DNA from: Eledone cirrhosa
Taxonomy: Eukaryota
NCBI GenBank assembly: GCA_964016885.1
Contig: OZ024743.1
Coordinates: forward strand, 357,616,001 to 357,680,000
DNA length: 64,000 nucleotides
Reading direction: 5' to 3'
Shown here one piece after another: positions 1 to 15,899 of the stretch. The position numbers and the translations under genes are program-made. Numbering within the stretch: position 1 is the first letter of the stretch; each line of letters opens with the position of its first letter. The notes under the pieces are model-generated. The model searched no databases. It saw only the letters and a program-made list of their open reading frames with translations, and had not been told where the DNA came from.

Positions 1-78
1 TAGAAATGACTTCCACATGACTAGAACTGATGACTTCATACGACTGAAACAGTTGTAGTCCTGTAGAAGTCATTTCTA
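1..78 (+). ncRNA. Degenerate hammerhead ribozyme inside a short fold-back palindrome
   Basis: CTGATGA (27-33), weak stem II, GAAA, ACAGTTGT-A. Bases 1-29 are the reverse complement of 50-78 with 3 mismatches; (TA)n follows. Confidence 0.5.
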
Positions 79-300
79 TATATATAATATATATATATGT
101 ACATATGTACATATATATATATACACACACACACATATATTTACGTAAGTTTGCTTTGAAACAGCAAGTGAGTTTGAAATAGAAAATAGGTTTCGCCGTA
201 TTTTTTTTTACTAAAGAAATTTTAGCCTGATAGTGGGGTTTAGAACCCTCTAAGAAATGGAAAAAAGATGAATATTGATATACTCATCTTAATTTCTATA

Positions 301-482
<182 letters not shown>

Positions 483-704
483 CATACATATATATATATA
501 TTTTTGAAAGCAGTGATTTCTTTGCATAAACTTTAATCTGTTATTTTAATAAATATTTGCTCTAAGGTTCTTATATATTTGATATATATTTATCCTTATC
601 GAGCGCTCTTTCGATTTGAGTCTTCAAATTTATTATTATTACTATATATATATATATATTAAGAGAGTAAAACAAAGAATCCTTTAATACATCAAAGGTT
701 TTTA

Positions 705-747
705 TTAGCCGACAATGTTTCGTCCTATTAAGGACTCATCAGGGCAA
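705..747 (-). ncRNA. Minimal type I hammerhead ribozyme in pLTR
   Basis: Minus strand reads GCC-CTGATGA-GTCC-TTAATA-GGAC-GAAA-CATT-GTC-GGC. Confidence 0.85.
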
Positions 748-2715
748 TCAAAACAACAAGAGGTAATATAGGCAGATACAAGCCAGAAACTCTGAAGAAT
801 ATGGAGTGTACATACACTAATGTCTTACAAAAATATATGATAATAAAAATGAAAATAAAGATAAAAATAATAAAAATATATAATAAGAATAACTAAGGAT
901 GTAGATAACATTAAGAACCATATTACAAATATAGTCCAAAGCAACTAACCTAAATCTAAACAAATTTGGTTATATAGAGCAGGAATTATATATAACACAA
1001 TATAATACATTATAATAATAATATACTTTTACCAACATTAAAATTCCAAATTAAAAATCAAAAGGTACAATATATACATGTATATATGTGCGCGCACACA
1101 CACACACATATATAACAACACACACATCTATGTTCCACTACACAAAAATTAAGCCCTATTAGAAGTTTGAATATTAAAAATAAGCATGATAAGAGTGAAA
1201 ATAATACTAATACATCTACACAATATACATGAGGCAATAATATGATATAATTACAAGAAACACATATAACAAATAATAAACAACAAAATTATATAATTCA
1301 ATATAATATAATAAAATAGATAATCCCCGGTTAATTTACAGAAACAATATAGATGTCACAATAAAATACAATGATAAACCGTTAACAGTGTACTAACATT
1401 TACCATAAACAATATATACAAATTGATTGATACTGGGTTACAGAATAAATGAGGAAAAATAAATTATATAATACTCAAAAAAACTATAATGGTACAGGGA
1501 AAAATTATGATGTTATAGAAAAAAATATGATGTTACAGAAAAAAATATACAGACATCTAACATGATATGTAAAGTCTAAATATCATAATGTTACATATAA
1601 TGAACAGTAAGTAATAAGGATCAATATTACAATATTACAAAAATCCAGACATCTTACATGATATATAAAGTTTAAATATCATAATGTTACATATAATGAA
1701 CAGTAAGTAATAAGGATCAATATTACATACAATATAATATAATATATTATAAATTGGCATAAAATATATAAATACTTATAATTACAAGGTTAGTAGACAG
1801 ACATATGTGGATGAGTGAGCGAAGCCAGACAGTGAATAGTAAATAGAATATAGAATAAAACAAATAAATACAATCAACCGGAAATTACAAAACAAAAGCA
1901 AATATATACACACTTAGGCCTCGCGTGCATTTAAGAAATTAGGTAAACACTAAGGAAAGCAATCATTTTAATTGACTCCAAACCCTATTTGATAAATTAA
2001 TATTAAAAATATCGAACCCGTCCAATAAGGTAGTATAATATTAGCTGTAGTTTAAGTCATTAAAGTATATAAACTTTAATGTATCGTTACAAATGTTTAC
2101 AAAAAGGAATGAAAATTATACTATCATATACGCAACGATATCTAAAAAAACTGACTTAAATAGAATTAAGGTAGGCTAATGGGGACAGAATTGACGAAAT
2201 ATATGGAGGGTGCGAAGTGGCATAAAATATAGTCGATATACTATAATAAATAATAGAACGGAGCATAAAAGAGGGGGGGGTTAAATATAATCATAGTCAA
2301 TCTGGAGGGGTTGACAATAAGTTTATGTGCGCATGGGGGGAAGGGGGGAGGGGGGAGGGGGGGGGGGGGTTGTCGATAGATAAATCAGAATAGACTTAGA
2401 AATAAAAATAGAATTAAAAATAAAATTAAAATTAAAATTAAAGTTAATAATAAAAAAAATATATAAAAAAAATAATAAAAATATATAATAAAAAAAATAT
2501 AAAGATAATAATAGAATAACGTAAGTGGCGTAACGTGTGTAATCTTATGTATATTAACAAGGTGTAATAGTGAAGACATAGATATGGTACAGTAGCCAAA
2601 TGATTATGAGAGCTAGAATGAAGAGTCATCAAAAACCAATGGTGATAATGATGATAACATTAATGTTGGCAAACAAAAGAACCCAAACAAAAAACTAAGT
2701 AATTGAATATATCTG

Positions 2716-4428
2716 CTAATGGGTACAATTTGTACTACTAGAACATTTGGGTTTATAATAAAAATAAGAATTAGAAATGGCATGGGGGCAAGAAGAGAAT
2801 ATCTCAGACTTTCTATTCAGTAAGGGTAGGCTAGAGAAAATAATAGAGTGTGTCTCAAGTATACAGAGATTACAAAACTTACTATGTGCAGAAAGGTGGT
2901 TAGATCGTGCTACTAAACTCCAGTTAAGGCTATATGGTATATAAGCTCCCTTAAGATCCCAGATATAACGCGCTAAAGAGGTAGAATTCTTAAACCTAAC
3001 ATGTTTGAAGTTAGAGATATGAGAGTTAAACCTAGTCTTAAAAGTGTTTGAAGTAGATCCTATATACGTTCTTTTAGAGGAATTAGTTAAAACCTCGCAA
3101 GCGTAGACAATGTTCTTAGAAAGGCAGTTACCGTTTAGAGGGCAGTTAGCACTCACTCTACAATTGCACTTCCGGGTGTTATTGGTTGGCTCGAGTGGTG
3201 ATGTATTACACGTAGGACCTCTATTAGATAAGGACTGTTCTGGTGGTAAAGCATTGTCAGATCCGTTCAGACTAGTAGTATGTAGAGAGGAGAATCCATC
3301 CCTAATTTTCCTATTATTAGTGCTAGCTAAATGAGAACTAATATTAGGGGTGGTAGAGAATGAGAGTTTAATAACATTTTTATTAAAAATACCATGGTAT
3401 TTGTGAGAAGGGGGGACATTTTTCTCTAAGATAGTGAAGAAAGACCTAGGGATATTAGTTGATACATCCTGATTATATGGCGGGTTGAAATAAGTATTTA
3501 ATCGCCTTCTATTTTTATTTTTATTCTTATCGACCCTACCTCTATCAAATGTCCCACCGTCGAGACTAGGGTTACTATCAGGAATAGTTGAAGCCACATT
3601 CATAGAATCAGCCATAATTTCGTTATGCCTATTATAGTTTCTACCTCCAGTAAATCCGCTGTTGTCCGGAATCCCTACAAGAGGATTAAGGCCAATGATA
3701 GGATCAGTAGGAGCAACATTATTAGAATAAGATCCAGCAAAACCAACACCAATGCGTGAGCGCACAGGGGGTTCGACTTGTCTCCTAGAGGTATTATATT
3801 TGCTATTACGAGTCCGGTGGGATAACTTATGGGTGGGTTCAGATACTCCTATATAAATTCTACGGTTACTATGTTTGCTACTCCCATTCATGGCCATGTT
3901 ATGTGATATAATGTTATTATTATTAAGAGTAAGCGGAGACTTTCTAAGGTTACTATTATTATAATTTATTTTACTAGAGTGACCTGAATTTGCTAGGGCA
4001 TTATTGTAGTACTCCGCATGTTCATTAAAAGTTCCTATGTCCTTAGATAGTGTGGAAATCCTATTAGAAACGCCCTTAATTATAGAGTTTATCATAGACT
4101 TAGGGTGGTTAGAGTTGGGGCTAACATAAGAAAGAATTTCATTAGGCTTATGGAAGGGTTTAAAACTATTGGTGGCCAAGTCCAAAGTCACATCTAAAAA
4201 GTTAACCGCTCTATCATTTCTATCTATCGTGATCGAAAGGTTGTAGCTTTTAAAAAACTTATAAAGCTTCTTCTTATTATGTTCTACATTGTTGGTGCTA
4301 GAGTTAATTACAAACAATGCAACATCACGATATAGTCCGCCTATAAGGTGCGGGAAGGTAGCGTATAGTTCATTAAGGAGGAACAACCCAACAAGATCAG
4401 TAACCTGGGCCGAATCACTCGAACCCAT
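2716..4428 (-). pseudogene. PLE polyprotein C-terminal part: RT palm/thumb, Cys-rich linker, GIY-YIG endonuclease
   Basis: Motifs MGSSDSAQVTDLVG, YRDV (catalytic YRDD mutated), VNFLDVTL, FNPPY, CNCRVSANCPLNGNC, IVY..YIGST..FKTRF, CNLC.LE and LLNRKSE..CPH. The N-terminal RT is missing. Confidence 0.9.
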
Positions 4429-4442
4429 TGTAACGTCGAAAT

Positions 4443-5970
4443 TATTTTTATTTCTAAGTCTATTCTGATTTATCTATCGACAACCCCCCCCCCCCCCTTC
4501 CCCCCCCATGCGCACATAAACTTATTGTCAACCCCTCCAGATTGACTATGATTATATTTAACCCCCCCTCTTTTATGCTCCGTTCTATTATTTATTATAG
4601 TATATCGAGTATATTTTATGCCACTTCGCACCCTCCATATATTTCGTCAATTCTGTCCCCATTAGCCTACCTTTAAGTCAGTTTTTTAGATATCGTTGCG
4701 TATATGATAGTATAATTTTCATTCCTTTTTGTAAACATTTGTAACGATACAATAAAGTTTATATACTTTAATGACTTAAACTACAGCTAATATCACTGTC
4801 TGGCTTCGCTCACTCATCCACATATGTCTGTCTACTAACCTTGTAATTATAAGTATTTATATATTTTATGCCAATTTATAATATATTATATTATATTGTA
4901 TGTAATATTGATCCTTATTACTTACTGTTCATTATATGTAACATTATGATATTTAAACTTTATATATCATGTAAGATGTCTGGATTTTTGTAATATTGTA
5001 ATATTGATCCTTATTACTTACTGTTCATTATATGTAACATTATGATATTTAGACTTTACATATCATGTTAGATGTCTGTATATTTTTTTCTGTAACATCA
5101 TATTTTTTTCTATAACATCATAATTTTTCCCTGTACCATTATAGTTTTTTTGAGTATTATATAATTTATTTTTCCTCATTTATTCTGTAACCCAGTATCA
5201 ATCAATTTGTATATATTGTTTATGGTAAATGTTAGTACACTGTTAACGGTTTATCATTGTATTTTATTGTGACATCTATATTGTTTCTGTAAATTAACCG
5301 GGGATTATCTATTTTATTATATTATATTGAATTATATAATTTTGTTGTTTATTATTTGTTATATGTGTTTCTTGTAATTATATCATATTATTGCCTCATG
5401 TATATTGGGTAGATGTATTAGTATTATTTTCACTCTTATCATGCTTATTTTTAATATTCAAACTTCTAATAGGGCTTAATTTTTGTGTAGTGGAACATAG
5501 ATGTGTGTGTTGTTATATATGTGTGTGTGTGTGCGCGCACATATATACATGTATATATTGTACCTTTTGATTTTTAATTTGGAATTTTAATGTTGGTAAA
5601 AGTATATTATTATTATAATGTATTATATTGTGTTATATATAATTCCTGCTCTATATAACCAAATTTGTTTAGATTTAGGTTAGTTGCTTTGGACTATATT
5701 TGTAATATGGTTCTTAATGTTATCTACATCCTTAGTTATTCTTATTATATATTTTTATTTTTTTTATCTTTATTTTCATTTTTATTATCATATATTTTTG
5801 TAAGACATTAGTGTATGTACACTCCATATTCTTCAGAGTTTCTGGCTTGTATCTGCCTATATTACCTCTTGTTGTTTTGATTGCCCTGATGAGTCCTTAA
5901 TAGGACGAAACATTGTCGGCTAATAAAAACTTTTGATGTATTAAAGGATTCTTTGTTTTACTCTCTTAAT
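4443..5970. repeat. Inverted copy of 658-2410 with a ~200 bp internal deletion
   Basis: Near-perfect reverse complement, including the G/C tract and a 96-bp-period tandem duplication. About 1836-2036 is absent from this arm. Confidence 0.95.
5881..5923 (+). ncRNA. Minimal type I hammerhead ribozyme in inverted pLTR
   Basis: ttGCC CTGATGA GTCC ttaata GGAC GAAA Catt GTC GGC. Confidence 0.85.
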
Positions 5971-6068
5971 TTTTTGGCTCTGTTTAACTGCATTGAGCTA
6001 TACCTTTTACTGTCATTTCTATAATACGAAGAGGGTGTTTGACTCAAACACGCTCCAGTATTCTAATC

Positions 6069-6730
<662 letters not shown>

Positions 6731-6757
6731 GATATATATAAATATATATATATACAT

Positions 6758-6839
<82 letters not shown>

Positions 6840-6883
6840 ACGTATATATATATATATATACGTATACATACTTATATATATAT

Positions 6884-7780
<897 letters not shown>

Positions 7781-8595
7781 TCAGTCGATTTGAAAACGAC
7801 AGAATAAGATGGCGTTGAAGCCGGTTTCAAGTCGTTTTTTATTGTTAAATCTCTCATATGTTTTAGATCAAATGACAAAATTTCGAAAGAAAATAAAAGA
7901 TATTTTTTTTTAAAACAAATATTATGGAAACGGTTTAAGAATATAAATCAGTTTTTATTCCCGTGTTTACGAAGAAATAAATGTACATCTGCAGGTGTAC
8001 ACATGCGTGAATGTATCACTGCATTGTGTATATATGTGTACATGTGTTTCCTATTTTTTAGATATATTTTAGAAAGTTTATAAACATATGCATCAATACG
8101 TAAACACCTATATATATGCATGTGTAATTATGTATATGCATATGTAAATACGTGTAAATATACGAATAATATGTTCTATACATATCAATAGATATTTATC
8201 TCTGAAAATGCGTAAGCTACACACACACACGTACATATACACAGTGTACATATCTATGTAATGTGTAAAATACGTCTATTCGTACAAACCTAGTATGAAC
8301 GTGTTTGTTCAAAAACTTTATACTATTTCCTTTCTCTTCTATACACAAATCAATCTTTAATTAGAAGATATATGTACATACGTGAACGTATCTGTGTAAT
8401 AACCCGGGGTTATGTATCAGGAAGCAAGTTTTGGCAAGAGGTGTTTCCACAATGAGATCATTAAAGTCTTATTATTTTTCTGTCTTGTGAGGTGAGGACG
8501 TTGTTCGATTCCGAAACTAGTTTTAGCATTCTAATTTAGAATTAAAATTTACAGCATATCTTTCAGTACAGCCTTCCGTTGTCGTTTTAAATATT

Positions 8596-8634
<39 letters not shown>

Positions 8635-8980
8635 CCGTGTTCCGTATGAATCCGGTGATATCATCAGGTATTCGAAATATAATAAATGAATGTAACAGAT
8701 AAAATCCATGGGGCTGAAAATCATAGACCCGAGGACGACCGACCATCTAGCATCTTCCACTTTAGCCGGTCATTGAAATGATCATAGTATAATAAACCTT
8801 TCAAGGATTTACACAAGTCCAGCCTCCTGTTATTTTATTATAATATTTGACTCCGTACTCGCACCAACCACTACAAAACGAAGACGGTTGAGCTGCTTTA
8901 CGTTGAGTACTCTCTATATTATTACATCAAGATTGACCATACGGAATGACCAGCTCTATCCAGTGGTGAACCGTCAAACC

Positions 8981-9346
<366 letters not shown>

Positions 9347-9499
9347 TTTTTCTTAAATTGAGACAGGCAAACCCAATTGTCTATAGTTAGTATTCTTTTC
9401 ACCTTAGCGATATATAAGGTTTATTCATAAGGTTTATTGTCATTCCTATAGAAATGAAACGATTTTGAGGAGAAAAAGTCGCATAGGTTCATATCAAGT

Positions 9500-9987
9500 G
9501 CCTTTTAAGGAATTATATTCTTTTCCATTAATAAAATATTGCAAACTTCGGAAAAAATGATAAGACTTGCTCACGAGAGAGTGAAGAGCAGTGCAGATGT
9601 TAACACGTTCTTTGATTGTTTTCACTCAGTTTATGTTGAATCTACTTGCCAAGCTTAGACACCATACCAAGTTCCTGTAAATGGTGATGGACGGTTGATA
9701 GCTCTGAATTAACCTCTTCTAACTCTTTAACAGTTGCTAGGGGAATATTTTTCAATAGCAGTTTTCAGCGTATCACTATCAAAAGAGACAGGGCGCCCAG
9801 AACGGCGGCAATCTTCCAAGTCAAAGTTACCTTGTCGAAATTTATTGAACCGTCGTTGGCACTTATGAACATTCAGAACACATTCACCATACACTTTTTG
9901 CACATTTTTTACAGTATTCGTATTACTGTTGCCTTTTTTGAACTTATAAAGCATGATGTGTCTAATATGTCGTTCTGTGATTTCCAT
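9500..9987 (-). pseudogene. Mariner (Mos1-like) transposase N-terminal fragment
   Basis: HIRHIMLYKFKKG..VYGE..RFNKFRQGNFDLED..RSGRP paired-HTH signature, followed by frameshifts and stops. Confidence 0.85.
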
Positions 9988-10189
9988 TTTGATGAAGGAT
10001 TATTAAAGCAACGTATTAAAAGTTACGTATCTGCTAGCTGGAAATTATCTGGTTAAAGCTTTTCTTTCTCTATATAAAGTATATAGCCGTGGAAAAATCT
10101 TTACACGTGATAGAATATGTTTTTACATACATTATAATGAACAAGAGAAAAATCATTCTATACATAGTGTAGAGTTACATAAGCCTACG

Positions 10190-10381
10190 CAAAGGCACAT
10201 GGCTCAACGAGGTCGGTGTTAGGAAGGGCATCCAGCTGGAGAAATCAAGCCAGAATCAGTTCTGAATGCTCAAGACATGGTCACCTGACCTGGCATTGCC
10301 CACAAGAGGACAACTTGACTAACCCATGCTAGCGTAAAAGAATGGACGTAAAACGGTGATGAGGTTGAGGATGATGATGAC
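10190..10381 (+). mobile_element. SINE/RTE-type 3' tail remnant
   Basis: AGGAAGGGCATCCAGC ... AACCCATGCTAGC ... GGACGTAAAAC and a (GAT)n tail; recalled as a common octopus repeat. Confidence 0.5.
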
Positions 10382-13300
10382 ATACCATTCTGAGGTTTGT
10401 ACCAGTAAGGAACTGTGTCAGTTTTAATAGATTACTCTTCCCAGTTGTACGCTAGAAATTACTCATGATTATCGAGAAGGCTGGCAAATGATAGAATCAG
10501 TGTAGGGATGGAGTAATTAGTTACGTCTCTAAATTTTTAGTTCAAATATTTCCGCAGTAAAATTTGCTATTCATTTCTCTGGGGTCAGTAAAAGTGTATC
10601 AATCATATATTCAATCGACTATCTACCTTCCAGTTTACATGTTTTGCCCTGTGTCTATCTAAGAAATCCTTATCGATAATATCGCTTATTGACTAAAGAA
10701 AAGACTAACATTTTTAGTTTTGATTAGCCATGAGGGAAGGCAGTGAGTATGACATCTTGCCAAAACTTCTGGGAATGTTGGGAGGAAAACTGTAATGTAT
10801 CCTTGAATTGGAGATCTGGCTCAAATGCTTGCAAGAATGTCAGATGCGATCCATGTCTACCAGCCAATAATTTAGAATGCAAAAAGCCGGAACTAATGAT
10901 GCAAGGTATCTCATCTAACGCTGGAAGAATTCGACCGACAACTACTCTCGACTGCTACTTTATTTTATCAATCGCAAACAGCAATAATTTAGTTGAGTGG
11001 ACTAGAGTATTGTGTTCCGGGAATCGAATCTACGACCTCATGATAAAAAAAGGCCGCTCTGAGTTTTTGCCGTGGATTCGTTCCTAGAGAAGAAACCATT
11101 GCAACATCAGCCTATTACATAATGAAAGGAAAACAGGATGAGGTTTAGATGTTAAAAAATGCATAATGTTTCAATAGATGCATGTTAGCAAGGATTTTAC
11201 TATTATATATGATATATATGAATTTAATATCTAAGTATATAAACTAAATACGTAACACAATAAATACTACCTGCATTGTTAAACGGTACTGTAAATAGCG
11301 ACGTCGGTGAGGCAAATTTTATAGCGCCACAATTTTAAATTTTGATCTCATCCAACAATCACACTAAATGCAACTTTACAACTGCAATGATGGCCCTAAT
11401 TGAGGAGAATGCACCGATGACGGACCAGGCTAGGGTCATGCACCTTCCTTAAAATATGCGACCAAAGTTGTTTGCCGTATCTTTCTTTTTTTATTCCTTA
11501 AACATCTCATAGGGTGCTAATACTATAATTAATTTTTTTTTTTTAAAGTTTACTTAGCTTCCACTTATTGTTCATTTCCCAACACTTTTCAAAGAGTTTA
11601 CACTAACAAGGAATCTTTTAAGGGCGCCTGTTTATATTATCTTCCCAACATACTCCGATTCATTTTCGTGCATATACTCCTTTTGTGCATATAGATTTTC
11701 TTCTAAATTTGCTAATTCTGCATTTACGTAGTTTGTAGTCACTTATTTCCAGGTAGTATCACTAAAATGGACAGCATTTCAAACGTTGAATCACCGCCAG
11801 TAATCTTATACAACCATATCAGAATTTGACTATTTTTGTAGGCGATTCCTGAAGGAAATACGCTTTGAAAGTTGATCCAACGACTGGAGAACAGGTGTTG
11901 TGTTTGGAGACATGTAAACTACGTTTACTTTAAGCTTCATTTGAACGTCATCAAGATTTGGCTAGAAGTGTCGTCTAACTGAAGAAAAGCTTGGACTGGC
12001 AAATTGTTTTCCCTTCAGATGTAGTACACAGCAGTGCAAAAACGTTTGTGTACCAGCCCAGGAATCAATTTCTGTATGAACTATGAATTCTTGTTCGACT
12101 TCCAATAACTTATTTAACCCGTTCAAATGCAGAAGGTGTTTCTAAGTGATAGACTAGCAGTCGCTTTCAGTTCAGAGTGGCGCAGCGATGAAAATTTGAA
12201 CTAACGCAAATTTCAAACTGGCGCAAATTAATTCGACGTAAATAAACATCAGAACTGTCTCTATAAATGCATATATGCGAATATTTTAATATTAACAAAA
12301 AAACCCATTCTAATAAACAATATTCGTAATTATTAAGTCAAAAGAGAAGCCTTGCTCCCATGTCACTTTTCGAGATTGGTGGGGAAAAAGGAGGAGGTTA
12401 TTCTCAGACAGAATTGGCCCAAATATTTGCAAATATTTGCCAACTGGCTTCTACACAGGTTCTGTCTAGCAAATTTCGCCTTCAAGGCATTCTTTGACGA
12501 CACATGACCAATGCATGGTGCAGCTGGATCAAGCCAAAAACTATGTAATTGCGAAACTAACCTTTTAACCACAGTAAAGCTGCACCGATTATTGACAGTC
12601 ACTAAAAGTGATATAGTTGAAGATATCAACATCACGCATATGAATACAATAATATCACAAGCATAAATGATTACACCCAACAACCACTATCATCAAAAGC
12701 AACAACAATACTGCTACTATAGCGACTACGATGAATATCCCCTCTATCACTACCAACAACAACACAACTGCCACTACAAGCCCCATCAACACCACAACCA
12801 TTTCACTCGTCATTATCGCTATACCACCATCACCAGCAACAATAATATCAACAACACTACAGCAGCTACCATAATCCTCATCACCACCACAACCACTGCA
12901 CTACTCACTACCAGTACAGTACCACTAACAACAACAACACTAATAAAAACTCAATAATGGAACCAAGAGCTTTAAACGAGTGTTTTTGTGCAATTGCAGT
13001 AGTAGATATGATATTTGATGACTTGCTTAGATGTGATCAAATGGTTTATCACAGGGTGTACACGGAATGAATCCAGTCCTTGTGAATATTTCCATTATCA
13101 TCACCATTACCAGCATTATCAACATCACCATCACTAACACTATCACAATATGAACCAACGAGAGAAACGGGGCCCATGTTTGTGGAAACTCAAGTTGCTA
13201 GAAATAGCATCCAAATATCCCACAATTCAAAGTTTACTGTCTTATATTTTTTTTATTTTGAAGCAAGAAACACATTGGATAATGTAATCTTAGATATATT

Positions 13301-14282
13301 ATGTCTGAGCTATAGACTGAGCAACCTGTGCAAGCATGGCTAATTTGAATCTAAGCAACAACACTAACGTCATCATCTTAAACACACCATGCCTCATATT
13401 AATCATCTCACGAAACATTTCATATCAACACCATCTCCACCTAAATTACTCCTCATCACCACCTTCATCATCAATAACAACTTTTTCAGCTATCAATGTC
13501 ATTAACATAAACACTGCCGTACCAATATAACAGCAGCAGCAGCAACAACAACAACAACAACAATAATAAATGTTGGAATAGCCATACATCAACAGCAACA
13601 ATAAAACAATCACGTTAACAACATTCATAACAATTTAAGCAGCAGGTATTTATATACAAGTGGAAGCACGACACCAGATACAACAACGAAATACAACAAT
13701 AACACTAATGTGAAATGCAACAATAATAACAACATCAGTGACAATAACAATAACAAATAGTGACAGGAATTGTATTATTTTTTTCACTGGTAAAATAATA
13801 TGTATTTGCATGACTAAACGATGATCTTGCCGAAAGGCTTGACATCTTTTAAAGAAATATCATCTGCTTTAATCAGTATTTTAGTTGATAAATTGACAGT
13901 GTTGTTACGAACATATTGTAGATGATATTTCCGAGAGATTTAGAGATTTTAATAGCAAAATGTCGACGCCATTTTTATGTAATCTTTCTTTCTTTAAAAC
14001 TCATTAGTCTTCCTCTACTTTCCGTACCTTTCTCGTTGTTTCCCATTTTCCATCATACAATGATCACCGATGTTCAATTTTTTTTTTTGTTATTGTTTCT
14101 CTTCAACCATTTTTGTTTATATTACTTTCTTTCTTTTTCACGCACCTGCCATCTTATAAAATTACACATTCTCTTTTTCTCACTGCCTTTCTTTCTTGGC
14201 TTCTACCCTGCCCTCATGCCTTTTCTTCTTAATCTTTCTCTGTCTCTCATATTGTGTCTATATGTCTCCTCCCTACTCTCCT

Positions 14283-14349
<67 letters not shown>

Positions 14350-15615
14350 TCTGTCTCTCTCTCTCTCTCTCTCTTTTTCACACACACACACTCTCTCTCT
14401 CTCTTTCTCAACACCTTTCTTATACTCTCCTCATTTCTTATATCTCAACGCCCTATCTTTATATTTGTGCTGCTCTATAATCTATCATACCACATTTTCC
14501 ATTCAAAATATTAAGTCATGTCTGCAAAGTAGGGGTCATGCTATTAGGTACAAGGATCAAAAACGAACTCGTAAAATATATATCATATATATCATATACA
14601 GCTTTTGCTGAACCTTATGTTCTTAGCGATACCATTTTTCATCGTTGTATTTCATGTATTTATGCCTTCATTTTGTGTCAAACTCCTGTTCCTATATTCG
14701 GTTATTAGGATGTTGGGTACTTCCTATAGACCTGTACTGACCTACATTCCGAGGGCTCATGGATACATTCTCCGTGCGTTGTTTGGCTCAGTTCAACCAA
14801 TCACTACCAGCGTAGGAAAATGTATTTCGACTTCCGCCCAGAGGGGGATTCCCGCGGCGATTCGAAACTCTCTATCTCTTGCAGCTCGACACCGTGAAGG
14901 TAAACATCACTTACTTTCGTTCCTCAAGCATAGACAATATGTAGCAACAGATATCACTACGGGTCTGCCTAACGCCTCAGCCAGTTGACCGTACCTTCTT
15001 AAATGCTTAATTAATAATTTCTCTTGGCATGCCATTTAAACCTTTATAACCTTTTTATTGATAACATTAACTATCCTCTCAAGAGACATTCTTCTAACCT
15101 TTGTAATCTGTAAATAAATTATATATAAACAATTATAAAGTCGTAAGATGCTATTTTCCACAACATTGCTTTTAACATTTTCAATGGTGACTTCTGTGAT
15201 ACAATACACAAATACACACTTTCTCAGCACAAACATCTACTAAATAATCTCTTCTAAAGACCCCTTAAGAGTAATTTCCTCTGGTGTTAAAATATATAAA
15301 ACTCTCGTTTCCATGTTTTTTTTTGCTTTTGACAATGCAAGATCAAAACGTTGTTTGTGCTGACTTCCATGAAAACTGACCGTTTGTTGTTTTTATTAGT
15401 TTCATTTGAATATGGTGGCGTGACAAATTGTGATATTTCACGTAGGAAAACTGTAAATAATTCTCAATGTTGATTAGAACCGACAAAATTAAATTGATAT
15501 TTTATTTTACGATACTGAGTTGTTTCTTTCGTTCATTATTACTATTACAATGCACTGGGTAATTGGTGGCCTTGTGCCTAAAGTAGAAACAATTATTACT
15601 ATTACAATAGAAACA

Positions 15616-15662
<47 letters not shown>

Positions 15663-15797
15663 TATTTCATATGAACTAATCCACTTTTGCTTTGTACTGT
15701 AAATGTGCATGTATATATAAACAAAAGACATTTTCAAATCTTTATTATTACCCCCGCCCACACACATATACATACATAGATACATATATACATACAT

Positions 15798-15884
<87 letters not shown>

Positions 15885-15899
15885 TGTTTCTATTGCAAT

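Noticed and set aside
8488-8675. GGA..TCC-GAAACTAGTT on plus and CTGATGA on minus
   Set aside because: Only isolated half-motifs; no complete hammerhead can be assembled.
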